Virus record (IMG/VR): IMGVR_UViG_3300032315_000882
Coordinates: 1 to 45,394 of that record
DNA length: 45,394 nucleotides
Reading direction: 5' to 3' (one strand)
From: a virus
Lineage: Duplodnaviria; Caudoviricetes
The translations under genes and the position numbers were made by a program. A model generated the notes under the pieces. It worked only from the letters and a program-made list of their open reading frames with translations, did not search any database and was not told the DNA's origin. Below are positions 24,501-32,326 of this stretch, piece by piece (position 1 is the stretch's first letter; every line of letters begins with the position of its first letter).

Positions 24501-25532
24501 ACCGGCTCGCCCCGACGCCCCCGCGACAGCGCGAAGACCGCCGCCGACAAGTTCGTCGCTGATGCCGAGCATGCCGCGACCGCTGAGTTTGTCCAGGTAG
24601 GAAGACGCCACGGCGGCAGGCAAGGCGGCCACGAGGTCACCTACGGTCGTGATTTCCCGCCCGTCGTTCTCAGCGCGTTGGCCCCCGATGTCGCCTGTTT
24701 GGGAAGCAACATAGAACGGCGTGGCGAAAACCGCGGCGATCATGTCGGGGAGCGAAGCGATGCCTTCCTCGAGTATAAAAGGTATCGCGCGCTCGACAGG
24801 GCGTTGTTTGAACTCTTCCCAGGTTGTGCCTTGGGGGACGGGGTTCACGTCGTCCAATGCGTTAGCCAAACGCAGACCGCGCGCGTATGTCTCGGGGGTG
24901 CTGCGCACGATAGAGATCGCGCCGGTGGTTTCGTCACGCACGGCGTCGAACGAAGGGATGCCAGCGCGGTCAAGTTGCCGTCGAACGAACGGCTCGACGC
25001 CACCCATTGTTGTCTCGGCCGTGCCCGCAAAGTTTGTGACAATCTGCCCCGAGCGTTCGCCCAGGCGCGATATAAGACGCTCAATGCCGGAACCGAAACC
25101 TCCGTTCGGGGCAGGCTGCATCGGGCCCGAGAAGGCGTTGGGGCCGTACTCTGCGAGGATGCGTGCCTGGCGGCCCGGGTCCGCCGGGGCGGCGGGCGCG
25201 CGTAACGCCTCGCCCCCTGCCAGCAAGCTCTCCATGTCCTGCAGCGTCACGATGTCGTCTTGTGCCAGGCCCGCGTTGACGGGGTTGGACAGGAACTCGC
25301 TCGTTCGCGGCGACGCGGCAGGCAGCTCCGACCAGTTCGGCGGCGGCAGCGGCACGCTTGCCGTCCGCGCTGCCCGGTAAGCGGCCAAGGACATACCTCG
25401 TGCCCGCGCCTCGGCGCGGTCGCGCGCGAGACTGTCGGGCACTTCCACCACACCCATACGCAAAGAAGCCTCCAGCTGGCGGCGGCGTTCCTCGGCAGCG
25501 GCGTCTTGCGGTGTCATGTTGGCAGGTGGCAT
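15540..25532 (-). CDS. Giant (3330 aa) internal virion/ejection polyvalent protein
   Basis: Position after the ejection proteins. ART-PolyVal-like motif (FKTWFGNS...VVYHGT...VYLSIQNP...DGVI...QIKS), HExxH (FLHETGH...HERFARGFEAYLFEGKAP) and other modules. Confidence 0.85.
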   Translation of the reverse strand: MPPANMTPQDAAAEERRRQLEASLRMGVVEVPDSLARDRAEARARGMSLAAYRAARTASVPLPPPNWSELPAASPRTSEFLSNPVNAGLAQDDIVTLQDMESLLAGGEALRAPAAPADPGRQARILAEYGPNAFSGPMQPAPNGGFGSGIERLISRLGERSGQIVTNFAGTAETTMGGVEPFVRRQLDRAGIPSFDAVRDETTGAISIVRSTPETYARGLRLANALDDVNPVPQGTTWEEFKQRPVERAIPFILEEGIASLPDMIAAVFATPFYVASQTGDIGGQRAENDGREITTVGDLVAALPAAVASSYLDKLSGRGMLGISDELVGGGLRAVAGASGRAGVVELGTETAQSVIEYAGATVGTEAGFDPVTALDRAAQGAVIGGPFGATVRGVTATIEDQLNRGARAEAQSQRAESGARMVEQLGILAAASKLNAREAQTFQQFVDMAAEDGDVTDIYIASETLFQSANETDLDLDALAAAVPHVAEQIRSGASDIRMTVGEYTAHVAGTQANATLLDHLRTDPLGMSRADAKEQLANLDETIQQDFSKAFERSAETEAAMASRDVVAGQIAAKLNATGRFTSDVNQRYGAIVANFYSTLGARRGMSAEQMAELLPLEFNAELPGTNQDNTLAQEETVDLIHFSSMPGIMTSDPSRWGSAGVTPQGERERRNAGAPGRTYFGVRGVYNGEPETGISGRSFRYQARVPASKLYDFDADPQGLKPTEGTAMEIATAYEKAIQAAGFSGYRSDAMIPGAVAMFDAVDMEPMGPVRTAQDAQRLAARMRELAQQDRLARLAARTDPEESVATRPPEDFREQALSELFGSSYAQTGVPLLDNPLPVEGKLTINAVAKALTDHHMATEGRKLYPENDEADYARVRDAFIAEVRAQLLQPNSGVGWYSADVQKAIEMAGRVYPKLLTEPSHRSLYLTFAGFFSSGLDPDQAFMLASEAYEAYLATGVIPSSREAAWIARGLPVQMTTFKSNKTGEMVTQPKGWGPRNPDNNKMLAIVAHLVEREGSLQAAMDWFITPQSRTDINAAMLDSGIYKAGRYTTKAEIAGPDKPGYLVFGLKLGPYTMGLQGYDIDPEDVTVDLWYIRTYRRHTGRLFEGPIDPKTGIVAQPSEKDDGVDRRAIVRLTSDLVEEFDLPTGDVQALLWFFEKRLWAAQGIRTNEGTNSSGAAKLLRSKGIDPDDGDGGRVPANRAFPADGGVFNQGPAPRTVDAYFSPENIGSILEKDDWAILTAANPQGQNASAAQNEAANAKLAADLEAAGYDFQPSVGRYGQIEPGFTVVGITEKQARELGDRYNQHSVLTHKGVIYQDGHIDVAVGITQYDTRPEDYFTEIPGTGALFQLDIPNWRQGGPQMPAVGTPAFKTWFGNSVVKNEAGDPLVVYHGTPYDFNSFRGDGVLNMFTPNAEHASFFARGAGSTMPVYLSIQNPLEITQQQLEDRLTEEQSDDGMLPRDLLEEIVAEAVAAGNDGVIVRDFFDLEYTEDLFIPVQPTQIKSTLNRGFFDPNETNILYQADPFYSALERAVADSPLTKAPAAQWMATLSKTPGVKKEEIEITGLQDYLDGLANQTEEFKAASSQVDAKGNITKDAVLGFVRANGVQLEETVLTGDLRIQEYEGEDGETEYEITDLEGNARASYGSYAEAETALDAQGSQFSDYKLPGADDTYREILLSLPDVEGPSTHWDKQNVVAHARITGREDAAGKRVLFIEELQSDWHQKGRDEGYQQTVDEARVKELREAEDTAVRELNAARERVSAAVDALVEERIIELNAVLPEAEAAGGSVLESIEGMLNALEEASQQLGRGIDPFRILNQGSLALVRTPAVEEAVSGFSVLNLRATELRQDLRNAQDPSGIPDAPWKKSWDALLMKRMIRYAVDNGFEQIAWINGNQQNGGQTGGDGSFFYERNLVNVTNDLLKKFGTKVGPVDMRDENSQIAKDRAAGERVRREALADAQLIDGDSYAAGRAQERLDSYIAANETELARPATSLGIQNGFTITPELRDAAMSGFAMFQQNRGQIAFGRDISQTPSVISLLRTADLSTFLHETGHFFLEATLHLANMPDADAVSVADANILMRWFAPDMTLEKWAGMTLEEKTPYHERFARGFEAYLFEGKAPSTEMRSLFRTFSSWLKSVYKSLTALNVELTDDVRGVMDRMLASEAEIEEAHQVWALSALYDEKPEAMTEDEWARLQALGRDATEEAVEQLERRSVRDLKWASGAKSRALRQLQDEAEELRKAIRAEVTAEVMAEPVNRARAFLRRGLDEKGEPVEGAGKLDLATLKALYGDEPARPTGPLGQFAAAPEGPLWTKLRRGGKYGEVGTDGLHPDIVAGWFGYPSGQALIEDLVNGEVASEKIKGLTDQRMLERHGDLSDPQSLEKAANEAVANEARVKFVAAEEAYAAKAVGKKSLLAEAAKAIADRVVARLTLKNLKPAQYISAQIRASRAARKAAAKGDGVGVATAKRTQLINLHTGRAVAAARKEVEKDLRLFARIVTAKDATLARSRNMDLVNAARAILSKYGIGRVKNDVSGYIQAVQTYDPELYADLSSVFGDLVNPERPLNELPYGEYVAIRDAVRQLWQQSRQSKLIEIDGQQRSIESVVGELNAQMDEIQPDADLSAPETTPTRSDRLGHEILGVRAMLRRVESWARGVDVRVQGPFTRYIWNPISEASDRYRRDSAAYMRRLNELMETVRDEMKPRDIAAPEINFVFKSKAVLYHAMLHTGNLSNKTKLLLGYKWGKKNEDGTLDDTQWQAFMDRMHREGVITERDWAFVQSVWDLLEETKPGAQRAHHVMYGRYFNEITADPVVTPFGTLRGGYVPALTESYFVQDAMLRQGEDGLESNSASQMFPSTGNGFTKGREENYTQPLSLELGLLPAHIDKVVKFTHLGPAVRQAMRLLKNRKLAARLKAFDPTAQTDLLLPWLQRAAKQTVEAQGIGNGGKWVDRTARYLRGTVGMQLMFANVINTAQQVVGGPFAAAVRVKPSRLGQAHWRFMRNPAEVTTAATNLSTALAVRMDNQIMETRQNINEIIDLDPTALGSARQWAIRHGYFMQSAVQNVMDPIIWTAAFDQATSEGQSTADAVRFADSVLRETQGSWNPEDVARLETGSPFVRMFTQFGGWANMLANLNATETQIVARGVGVGKGKGRLFYVYLMGFAAQALVGQAIADLMRGGWDDDEEDGYLDEALNWFFGSQLKLGLSSIPIAGPLANVALGGFTEARFDDRLSVSPVLSVVEGGLLAPASVYDSVVNGEKFNRADVRNVLTLLGLVSGLPLLPLAKPLGYAADVVNEDVEPTGPVDVVRGAITGAPSPGSKTQ

Positions 25533-25536
25533 GCGG

Positions 25537-27720
25537 TCAGTTACCCAGGGTGTCGACGAGATAGTTGCGGTAGATGTCTTCTTCCGACGGGTTCCGGGAG
25601 CCGCCGCGGCGCGGTATCACACGCCGGTAGTAGTCCACCCGGTCCTGCGGCATTTCAGAGAAACTTGTAGCCACGCGCCGCCCGCCGCCTTGGAACATAG
25701 AGGCGTTCCACTGCAGCCCGAGCATGCGGTTGCGGATTTCGTCGCTGATCTCTGTGGGGGTCAAAACCCTGCCACGGGAACGCTGCTCTGCCTCGACCCA
25801 GGTGCGCAGGCTCTGTTGGAGGTTGACCTGGTCTCGGGCCTGTTCTGTGCCCGCCTTCGCTGGGGTTTGCCCCATCCGGGTCATGTTATCGCGCCAAGCG
25901 GCCGCGAAGTCCGTGGCGTTCACCGTTCCCAGATCAGCCAGCAGCGCCCGCGCCGCGGTGTTGGCGCTGGTTTCTTCCCGGTAGAGATCGCGCTGGTAGT
26001 TGGCCAGATCGCGGTCGTTCAAGCGGCCGTTGGCGAAAACCGCGAACTCTTGCCGGGTCATGCCCTCCCACTGGTCAGGGTTGGCGATCAGGAAGTTCTC
26101 GAACTCTGGGTCGCTGTTTACCGTCGGCGGTCTGCGCCTCGTCTCCAGATAGGCAGTCACCGTGTTCAACACGCCCGGCTTCAAGCGGGCCAGGACCGAA
26201 GCGGGAGGCATCGCCTTGTTGGTCTCGATGAACTGGTAGGCCTCAGCCAGCGCGGTCTCGAAGCCTTGGGCTTCGGCCTGGTCGAACTCGGTGTAACGGC
26301 GGCGGACCTCGGCCTCTGTGGCGCGAACCAAGGACGGTGGCGCGCCTGGCCCAAGCTCGGCCCGGGCGGCGGCGACGGCCTGGGTGACCGTCATGGTCGG
26401 CGCGCGGCTGGGGCCCGCTGGCGTCTGGCCGAGAGCTTCCATCTCGACCTTGTCGGCCCGCGCCAGCCAGCCTTCTAAGAACTGGGCGCTCGATCCGTCG
26501 GCGTCGCCCGCCGCAATCCGGCGGTACTCGGCGCGGCGCAGGTCAGCAAACTTGGCCACATCCCCGTCGGCCTGCGCCAGCAGCTCCCTGGCTTTACCCG
26601 CGCCCATGTTGACCGCGGTGTCAAAGGCGATGTGCGCCAGGCCTGCGGGCAGGTCGTCCGCGCCGATGGCGTCCCAATAGTCGCGCTTGTAGATCGCGTC
26701 CGCCTCTTCGCGGGTAACGTCGCCGTCGGCCCAGGCGGCCGGGTGCGAGCGTTCCGTGATGCCGTAGCGAGCCCGCCCTGCCCCGTTGTCGTCAGGCACG
26801 AGGGCCGTGCCTTCGGACGACCGGATAGAGACCATCGACTGGTCGAAGCTGGACGCGCCGCCTGGGGCGGCCACCACGTTCCCCAGCCTGGGGCCAAACA
26901 TATCGGCGACCGTGTTGGCGGTGCGGGCCTCGCGCGCGGGCATCAGCGCCGTGCGCGCTTCGTCCCTTTGCTGGGCCGTCATGCTGTCTTCGTTGGCCTT
27001 AAAGAAAGCCTCGGCCTTGACGACGTCTTCGTCGGCCAGGTCTTTGACGACGGCGAGAAGGGCCCCTCCGACGTTGTTGCGTTCGGCGATGGCGGCGGCA
27101 GCCTCGGGCAGGCCCAAGTCCCTGGAGCGAGCGGCGGTCAGCACACGCAGCTGCGCGACGCTGTCGGCGACCACGTCGGGGTTATCCCAGTTCATGCGGA
27201 TCGCTTCGGAATGAACGGCGACACCGCTCTCGTAGACCTGCCCTCGGTAGACGCCGCCCTGCGTGGCGAAGTGCGTGTCCAGCGCGCCTCGGTAGCGTGT
27301 TGTCAGGGGCTGGAGGCGGGCGTTAAACCGCTCCTCTTGCACCGGGGTGAGTCTCATGTCCGCGCGGATCGCGGTGAGCTCTTGGTCGAGGCGCGGGACA
27401 TAAACGTCTTGGAGAGCGCGCCCTTCCTCTCCCACACGAATGGCTGCCTCTCCCTGAAGGGCGGTCGCCTCGGAGAGGGAGGTCTGGGCGGCAAGCGTCG
27501 CCCGGTTCAGGGCGTCGTTGACGCGGGCCTCGTTGACCTCTTCTGCCTCTTTCGTCCAGATGTCGGCGGCCAGCTTACCGGCCTGCGACACGGCCTGGCC
27601 CGTCTGTTGCATTTGGCGCGAAGCGAAGTCTGCGCCGCGCGAGGCGTCGGGCGCGCTGAACTGGCCCGGGGCTTGGCCCGGGGCGACGCGGCGCGTGTCG
27701 TCGATACGAAGGTTGGCCAT
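25537..27720 (-). CDS. Internal virion (ejection) protein with GH108-like lysozyme domain
   Basis: SEG...DDNGAGRARYGIT...EADAIYKRDYW...FDTAVNMG...FLEGWLAR at ~26455-26835. Confidence 0.8.
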   Translation of the reverse strand: MANLRIDDTRRVAPGQAPGQFSAPDASRGADFASRQMQQTGQAVSQAGKLAADIWTKEAEEVNEARVNDALNRATLAAQTSLSEATALQGEAAIRVGEEGRALQDVYVPRLDQELTAIRADMRLTPVQEERFNARLQPLTTRYRGALDTHFATQGGVYRGQVYESGVAVHSEAIRMNWDNPDVVADSVAQLRVLTAARSRDLGLPEAAAAIAERNNVGGALLAVVKDLADEDVVKAEAFFKANEDSMTAQQRDEARTALMPAREARTANTVADMFGPRLGNVVAAPGGASSFDQSMVSIRSSEGTALVPDDNGAGRARYGITERSHPAAWADGDVTREEADAIYKRDYWDAIGADDLPAGLAHIAFDTAVNMGAGKARELLAQADGDVAKFADLRRAEYRRIAAGDADGSSAQFLEGWLARADKVEMEALGQTPAGPSRAPTMTVTQAVAAARAELGPGAPPSLVRATEAEVRRRYTEFDQAEAQGFETALAEAYQFIETNKAMPPASVLARLKPGVLNTVTAYLETRRRPPTVNSDPEFENFLIANPDQWEGMTRQEFAVFANGRLNDRDLANYQRDLYREETSANTAARALLADLGTVNATDFAAAWRDNMTRMGQTPAKAGTEQARDQVNLQQSLRTWVEAEQRSRGRVLTPTEISDEIRNRMLGLQWNASMFQGGGRRVATSFSEMPQDRVDYYRRVIPRRGGSRNPSEEDIYRNYLVDTLGN

Positions 27721-28235
27721 CAGCCGCCCGCCTTCTTCATACCGTAGTAGCTTGAGGCCATGCTGGTGGCGCTACCCAGAAGGCTGGTCGCCGCCACGCC
27801 CATCGGGTTGATGCCGCGGGCGTTGGCCCGGGCGGCGACGCCCTCGTTGCGCTTGTTGGTGGCGTCGGTGCGATGGCCGAAGGCCTCGCGCACGGCGTTG
27901 ACCCGCGCCTGCTGCGCGTCCTCGGCGGTGACCAGGTCGGTGCCGGTGACGATGGCCTGTGCGGTGGTGCTGCCGAGGGCGATGCCGCTCGCCCCCATCG
28001 CTGCGCGCTGTGCGCCTTTCTGCCGGGCACCGCCGCGCTCAATCTCTTGTGCCTGATAGGCTCCCTGCTCGAGGGAAATCTGCGCCCGGCGTTCTGCCAG
28101 CTGCGCGTTCATGTCGGCCATCTGGGCCTGGAACCCGAGCGCGCTCTTCTGGGACTTGGCCGAACCGTAGGCTCCGATGGCCGAGGTCGCCGCTCCGGCC
28201 CCCTGGAGGGCCATAATCGCCATCGGGTTACACAA
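27720..28235 (-). CDS. Internal virion protein (T7 gp14-like small ejection protein)
   Basis: TTG start giving MCNP...; Ala/Gly/Gln-rich; QRAAMGASGI motif; synteny. Confidence 0.7.
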   Translation of the reverse strand: MCNPMAIMALQGAGAATSAIGAYGSAKSQKSALGFQAQMADMNAQLAERRAQISLEQGAYQAQEIERGGARQKGAQRAAMGASGIALGSTTAQAIVTGTDLVTAEDAQQARVNAVREAFGHRTDATNKRNEGVAARANARGINPMGVAATSLLGSATSMASSYYGMKKAGG

Positions 28236-28710
28236 GGGGGCCTCGCATCTCAAAGCGGTGGAAGGGGAGGCCTTCGACACCGAAGGGTTGGGCTTCGCCG
28301 ATCCTGAACCCCAGTCTCTTCAGCCAGGAAATGCTCGTCGTATTACGAGCGTCAACGTGGTTGAACAGAAGGGGGTATTCGGCCAGCACGGCAGCACAGT
28401 ACGAGCGGGAAAGCCGGTTTAACATACGGGGCACACGGCCCAGGCCGGGCGTGCCGACCAGCCACGGGTAGGCGGTGTTGGACAGGGCCGCCGCTGGCAC
28501 GAAACCGAAGAGCGCGACGATCTCGCCTTGGTGCTCGGCGACAAAGGACATCGGGCCCAGCCGACCGTGCGACAGCTCGACCGCCTCACGCAGCTGGCCG
28601 AGCACGTCGGGGCCCGAGGCGGCGACCAGCTCGTCGCGGTCGGAGCCCCGCAGGTTCGGCTCGATGGTGTCCGCGTCCGCGATCCGGGCGAAGCGCACCT
28701 CAACCGGCAA
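28228..28710 (-). CDS. GNAT-like protein (T7 gp13-like)
   Basis: LRGSDRDE, PWLVGT, LFNHVDARNTTSISWLKRLGF. Confidence 0.75.
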   Translation of the reverse strand: MPVEVRFARIADADTIEPNLRGSDRDELVAASGPDVLGQLREAVELSHGRLGPMSFVAEHQGEIVALFGFVPAAALSNTAYPWLVGTPGLGRVPRMLNRLSRSYCAAVLAEYPLLFNHVDARNTTSISWLKRLGFRIGEAQPFGVEGLPFHRFEMRGPLV

Positions 28711-30754
28711 GGACAGTCTCCGCGGAGATCGACAGCACGGTCAGGGGAAGGGGGTCGGACTGACGGATGCAGATTTGCCCGTTGGTCGACCACTGCGGCC
28801 CGATCTTGATGGCGATCTCGTCGGTGGTCAGGTTGGGCGGCGCGCCGTACACCTCGGTGGTGCGCTGTTTGTACTCGGTCAGGCTGGTGAAGCTCGGGCC
28901 CGCGAACACGCCGGAGCTGCGGTAGACGCGCAGCCACACCTCGTTGACGTTCTTCGGTCGGCCCTGGCCCGCCCCCGGCATCTCGACGGCGAAGGGCAGG
29001 GTCTGCAGGTCGGCCTCGATAGGCAGGCCGATGATGATCGTGGAGGCTTCGGCGGGCAGCGGCTCGGGCAGGCCACCCGCCGAGACCGTCTGCTGCGGGC
29101 AGACAGCGCCGTCGGCCAGGATCGACACGGTCTCGCCGTTGAGGTGGGCCAACCCCGACGTCACTTCGTCGATGGCCGTGCCGCTGTAGTAGACACCTGC
29201 GTCTACGAAGAAAGCGTCGGCCGCGTCGCTGAACGCCCGGCTGCGCATGCGCTCGACGTAGCGCACCGAGCTGCCGTTGATCTCGCGCCGGATGATGGCG
29301 TAGAGCGCCGTCTCAGTGCCCTCGCGCACGGCCGCGATGCTCTCGAAAGAGCCAGCGGTGTCGTGTTGGTGCCAGCCAGACACCTGCTGCTCGGGGATGT
29401 AGGTCAGGCCCAGCAGCTTGCCGCTCGAGCTGACGAACCAGAGGACCGGGTAGGGGGACTTGGTCTGGGCGGTGTCGACGATCTCGTAGGTGTCGAACAG
29501 GTGCGGTGCGCGCAGCGACAGGTCGCCGGTCAGGTAACCGGCGGCGGTGTCCTGATACGACATCTCGCGGATGTGGCCAGCGGTGTCGGCGAAGATCAGG
29601 TTCGAGCCGGTGGTGATCGGGGTGGCGGGGCCTGCGCCGACGAACGACTGCGGCCGCACGCTGAAGCCGCCCGGCGTCAGGGCGTTGCCGCCAGAGGAGA
29701 TGCGCCACTCACCCGCCTGGGTCATGACGATCAGGTCTTGAAGCGGGACCAGGTGGATGATCTGGTTATAGTCGCGTGCCGCGATCTCGAACTGGATGCT
29801 GTCGTCGTCGCGCGGCGGCACCGAGAAGTTGAAGTCGACCTCCGACCCGGTGCGCGTGGTCCAGATGTTCTGGGGCTGTGTCGTCGAGCCGCCGAAGACC
29901 TTGCGCTGCTCGAAGTAGGTCACCGCTCCCGGGTAGTTGCTGGAGGCGAAGGGGTCGGAGGCTTGGGGCGGCGTGATGCCGCCGTTGGCGGGCAGGTTGT
30001 CGTCGATCACGCTGACCGTTGCGTTGCCGTCGAGCACCGCGATCAGGTAGAAGAGGCCGCCCGCTTGGCGGTAGACCCGGTAGCCCGTGGCCCCGGTGCG
30101 TGCCGTCCAGCTGACCGTGTTGTAGGTGTTGGCGGCGCTCAGGTTGTTGGACGCCGTGACGGCCGCCGACGCCGCGCTTTCGACATCACCCTTGACCGAG
30201 GTCACGACGTAGGCGTCGTTGCGCAGGAAGCTGGCACCAGCCGTGGTCGGCACGACTGCCAAGCCTGCGGGCGCGGTGATGCCGGGGCCGGTCGTGGCGT
30301 TGGCCAAGGCCCAGCTCGTAGCGCCGGAGCGACGCAGTTCCTGCGTGACGTAGTCGGGGTGGACCAGCGTCAGCACATCCGCCGACTGCACGAACTTGAC
30401 GTCGAACAGGTCGGCCTCTGCGTAGCTGTTGGCGACCTCGTAGGGGCTGCCCGACGAGAGCACTGTCCCGCCCTGGCTGTGGAAGCGGAAGTAGCCCGCC
30501 CCGAACTCGATGACCACCGTGTCGGAGACGCTGAAAGTGAAGGGCAGGAGGCGGGTCTTCTTGGTGCTGTCCTTGACGGCGCGCACGAACTGGAAGCCTG
30601 CGCGGTTCTGCGCTGGCCCGTGGGGCAGGGTGATGAAGTTCCGGCACAGGGCGAGGCCCGTCTGGTAGCGGACGTCGTCGATCCGGCCGTACATCTCGGG
30701 CGTGATCTCACCCCCGGCCATCGAGCGGAAGTTGGTGCGCGTGGTGGCACCCAT
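28700..30754 (-). CDS. Tail nozzle / tail tubular protein B
   Basis: GGEITPEMYGRIDD..Y..G...CRNF...HG, YPGAVTYFEQR, EQQVSGWHQH; ATG at 30754 coupled to the upstream stop. Confidence 0.85.
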   Translation of the reverse strand: MGATTRTNFRSMAGGEITPEMYGRIDDVRYQTGLALCRNFITLPHGPAQNRAGFQFVRAVKDSTKKTRLLPFTFSVSDTVVIEFGAGYFRFHSQGGTVLSSGSPYEVANSYAEADLFDVKFVQSADVLTLVHPDYVTQELRRSGATSWALANATTGPGITAPAGLAVVPTTAGASFLRNDAYVVTSVKGDVESAASAAVTASNNLSAANTYNTVSWTARTGATGYRVYRQAGGLFYLIAVLDGNATVSVIDDNLPANGGITPPQASDPFASSNYPGAVTYFEQRKVFGGSTTQPQNIWTTRTGSEVDFNFSVPPRDDDSIQFEIAARDYNQIIHLVPLQDLIVMTQAGEWRISSGGNALTPGGFSVRPQSFVGAGPATPITTGSNLIFADTAGHIREMSYQDTAAGYLTGDLSLRAPHLFDTYEIVDTAQTKSPYPVLWFVSSSGKLLGLTYIPEQQVSGWHQHDTAGSFESIAAVREGTETALYAIIRREINGSSVRYVERMRSRAFSDAADAFFVDAGVYYSGTAIDEVTSGLAHLNGETVSILADGAVCPQQTVSAGGLPEPLPAEASTIIIGLPIEADLQTLPFAVEMPGAGQGRPKNVNEVWLRVYRSSGVFAGPSFTSLTEYKQRTTEVYGAPPNLTTDEIAIKIGPQWSTNGQICIRQSDPLPLTVLSISAETVLAG

Positions 30755-31416
30755 CAGCGTGCCCCCACCCAGGGGGCGACGTGGGCGTCGCGGACGCGGC
30801 TGGCGCGGCGCTGCTTGGCGTCCATGACCTGGGCCTGGTTCAGGTAGACGCCCATCGTCTGGAGCATCTGGGCGGCAACCGTGCGGCCCGTCTCGCCCTT
30901 CAGCACCGGGCCAGCCAGGAAGCTGGCCAGGAAGTAGGAGAGGGCAAGGGTAAAGAGGGGCGGGAAGAAGCTGGGGATCGTCACGGCGACGGTGTAGCGG
31001 ATGCGCGCGTCGACCACGTTGGTGTAGAGCACGCGCGTGTTGTCGGAGAGGCCCTCGATCTCGAAGTCGTTGACCCCGTTGATGGCGGCCAGAGGGCCGT
31101 ATGTGGTGCCGACGAAGTCGTCGGTGTCTTCCGCACCCTGAACGGCGAACACATTCAGCACGTTGGAGGGCAGGGCGTAGGCATAGGCCCACTGCGTGTT
31201 GGGCTCTTCATCAAGCAGGGCCAGCGTCGTGCGGCGCAGCGCGAAGTTCCAAGGGTACATCTCGAGCAGCGCGTCGCGCGCGATGGGGTAGAACAGGGCG
31301 GCCTGCTCGGCCTGCGCGCTGCCCTCCGGGGGCTCGAGGTTCACGACGGTGGCGTCGTCGCCGAGGTGCGACAGGGCCAAATTCGCAATCGCTACAGAAG
31401 TTGTCACGGAGGTCAC
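30754..31416 (-). CDS. Tail adaptor / tail tubular protein A
   Basis: IANLALSHLG, ARDALLEMYPWNFA..R..L, WAYAYALPS. Confidence 0.85.
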   Translation of the reverse strand: MTSVTTSVAIANLALSHLGDDATVVNLEPPEGSAQAEQAALFYPIARDALLEMYPWNFALRRTTLALLDEEPNTQWAYAYALPSNVLNVFAVQGAEDTDDFVGTTYGPLAAINGVNDFEIEGLSDNTRVLYTNVVDARIRYTVAVTIPSFFPPLFTLALSYFLASFLAGPVLKGETGRTVAAQMLQTMGVYLNQAQVMDAKQRRASRVRDAHVAPWVGAR

Positions 31417-31419
31417 CTC

Positions 31420-31455
31420 AAAGAAAAGAGCCGGGGGCTTGTGGGCCCCCGGCTC
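31420..31455 (-). terminator. Intrinsic terminator after the capsid gene cluster
   Basis: Minus strand GAGCCGGGGGC-ccacaa-GCCCCCGGCTC followed by TTTTCTTT. Confidence 0.85.
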
Positions 31456-31487
31456 GGAACCCCTACGGGGAGGGGGCTATCTCTGGC

Positions 31488-31817
31488 CTAGACCAGGTCG
31501 GCCTGCTCTTCGCCAGCTTCAGCGGCTTCGGCCAGGGCCTGTTCCACTTCGGCGGGGAAGGTAGCAGCCGCAGTGACCAGAACGGGCTTTGCCCGGGCCA
31601 CCTTGCGGGGAGCTTCGTCTTCGACAACAGCCATCCAGTCGACGATGCCGTGGCCTTCGGCGAGCTGGAACTTCGAGCCCACCGGGCGGAAGTGGTTGGC
31701 GGGGTAGACACCCGGGTGGATAGCTTCCACCCAGGTGTTTTTCCCAGCCTTGTCGTAGACGCGGCGGCCTTCAGCGTCGAAGCGTCGGCCTTGTGCGTCA
31801 ATGCGGGCTTTGCTCAC
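31488..31817 (-). CDS. Hypothetical virion-cluster protein (109 aa)
   Basis: GTG start with AGGGG RBS; coding-like codon usage; between cement and adaptor genes. Confidence 0.7.
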   Translation of the reverse strand: MSKARIDAQGRRFDAEGRRVYDKAGKNTWVEAIHPGVYPANHFRPVGSKFQLAEGHGIVDWMAVVEDEAPRKVARAKPVLVTAAATFPAEVEQALAEAAEAGEEQADLV

Positions 31818-31828
31818 GTTTCAGCCCC

Positions 31829-32302
31829 TTAGACCGGCATCGCGTCAGGGTAGGCGCGGTGGGCCGGGTACGGGCTCGTCGAGAGCCAGGCGTTGATAGC
31901 GCCAGCCGTCACGGTCGTGGTGGCGATCACGGCGAGAACGCCGAGATAACGCTCGTAGACCGCGCCCTGCGGGAGGGAGATGGAGCAGATCAGGCCACCA
32001 GCGTTGAGGCGGGCGTCGTTGGCTGCAGCATCGTCCGTCACCAGGGTGCCCGTCGAGATGTGCGTGGTCGGGGACGTGGCCAGGTTGGCCGTGCTGTCCG
32101 AGGCCAGGCGGAACTCGATGGTGCCCGCGGAACCGCCGGTGATGATTTCGGTGGCGGTCTGGATGATGAGGTACAGGGGTTCGCCAGCGCCAATGTCGCG
32201 CGAGGCAGCACCCAGGTCGATGACATCGCCGATGAGGGCGGTGCCTGCCGCAGCTGCCACCGAAACGGCATCTGCGAACTCGTTGCGTTCGTCGAGGATC
32301 AT
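31829..32302 (-). CDS. Capsid cement/decoration protein (BPP-1 Bbp16-like)
   Basis: MILD....F, DVIDLG...RDIGAGEPLY, ERYL, TAGAINA; directly after the major capsid gene. Confidence 0.8.
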   Translation of the reverse strand: MILDERNEFADAVSVAAAAGTALIGDVIDLGAASRDIGAGEPLYLIIQTATEIITGGSAGTIEFRLASDSTANLATSPTTHISTGTLVTDDAAANDARLNAGGLICSISLPQGAVYERYLGVLAVIATTTVTAGAINAWLSTSPYPAHRAYPDAMPV

Positions 32303-32326
32303 GGTCTTGTTCTCCAGGGGCCCCGC

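Noticed and set aside
23700-25400. Extra GGTATGTC matches at ~23704-23712 and ~25390-25398
   Set aside because: Inside the CDS and lacking the TAnnnT hexamer 18 nt downstream
28700-31192. Upstream-extended starts given in the ORF track (e.g. 31192, 2642, 39170, 37221, 45131, 45339)
   Set aside because: Extensions overlap neighbouring genes; downstream starts have an RBS or stop-start coupling
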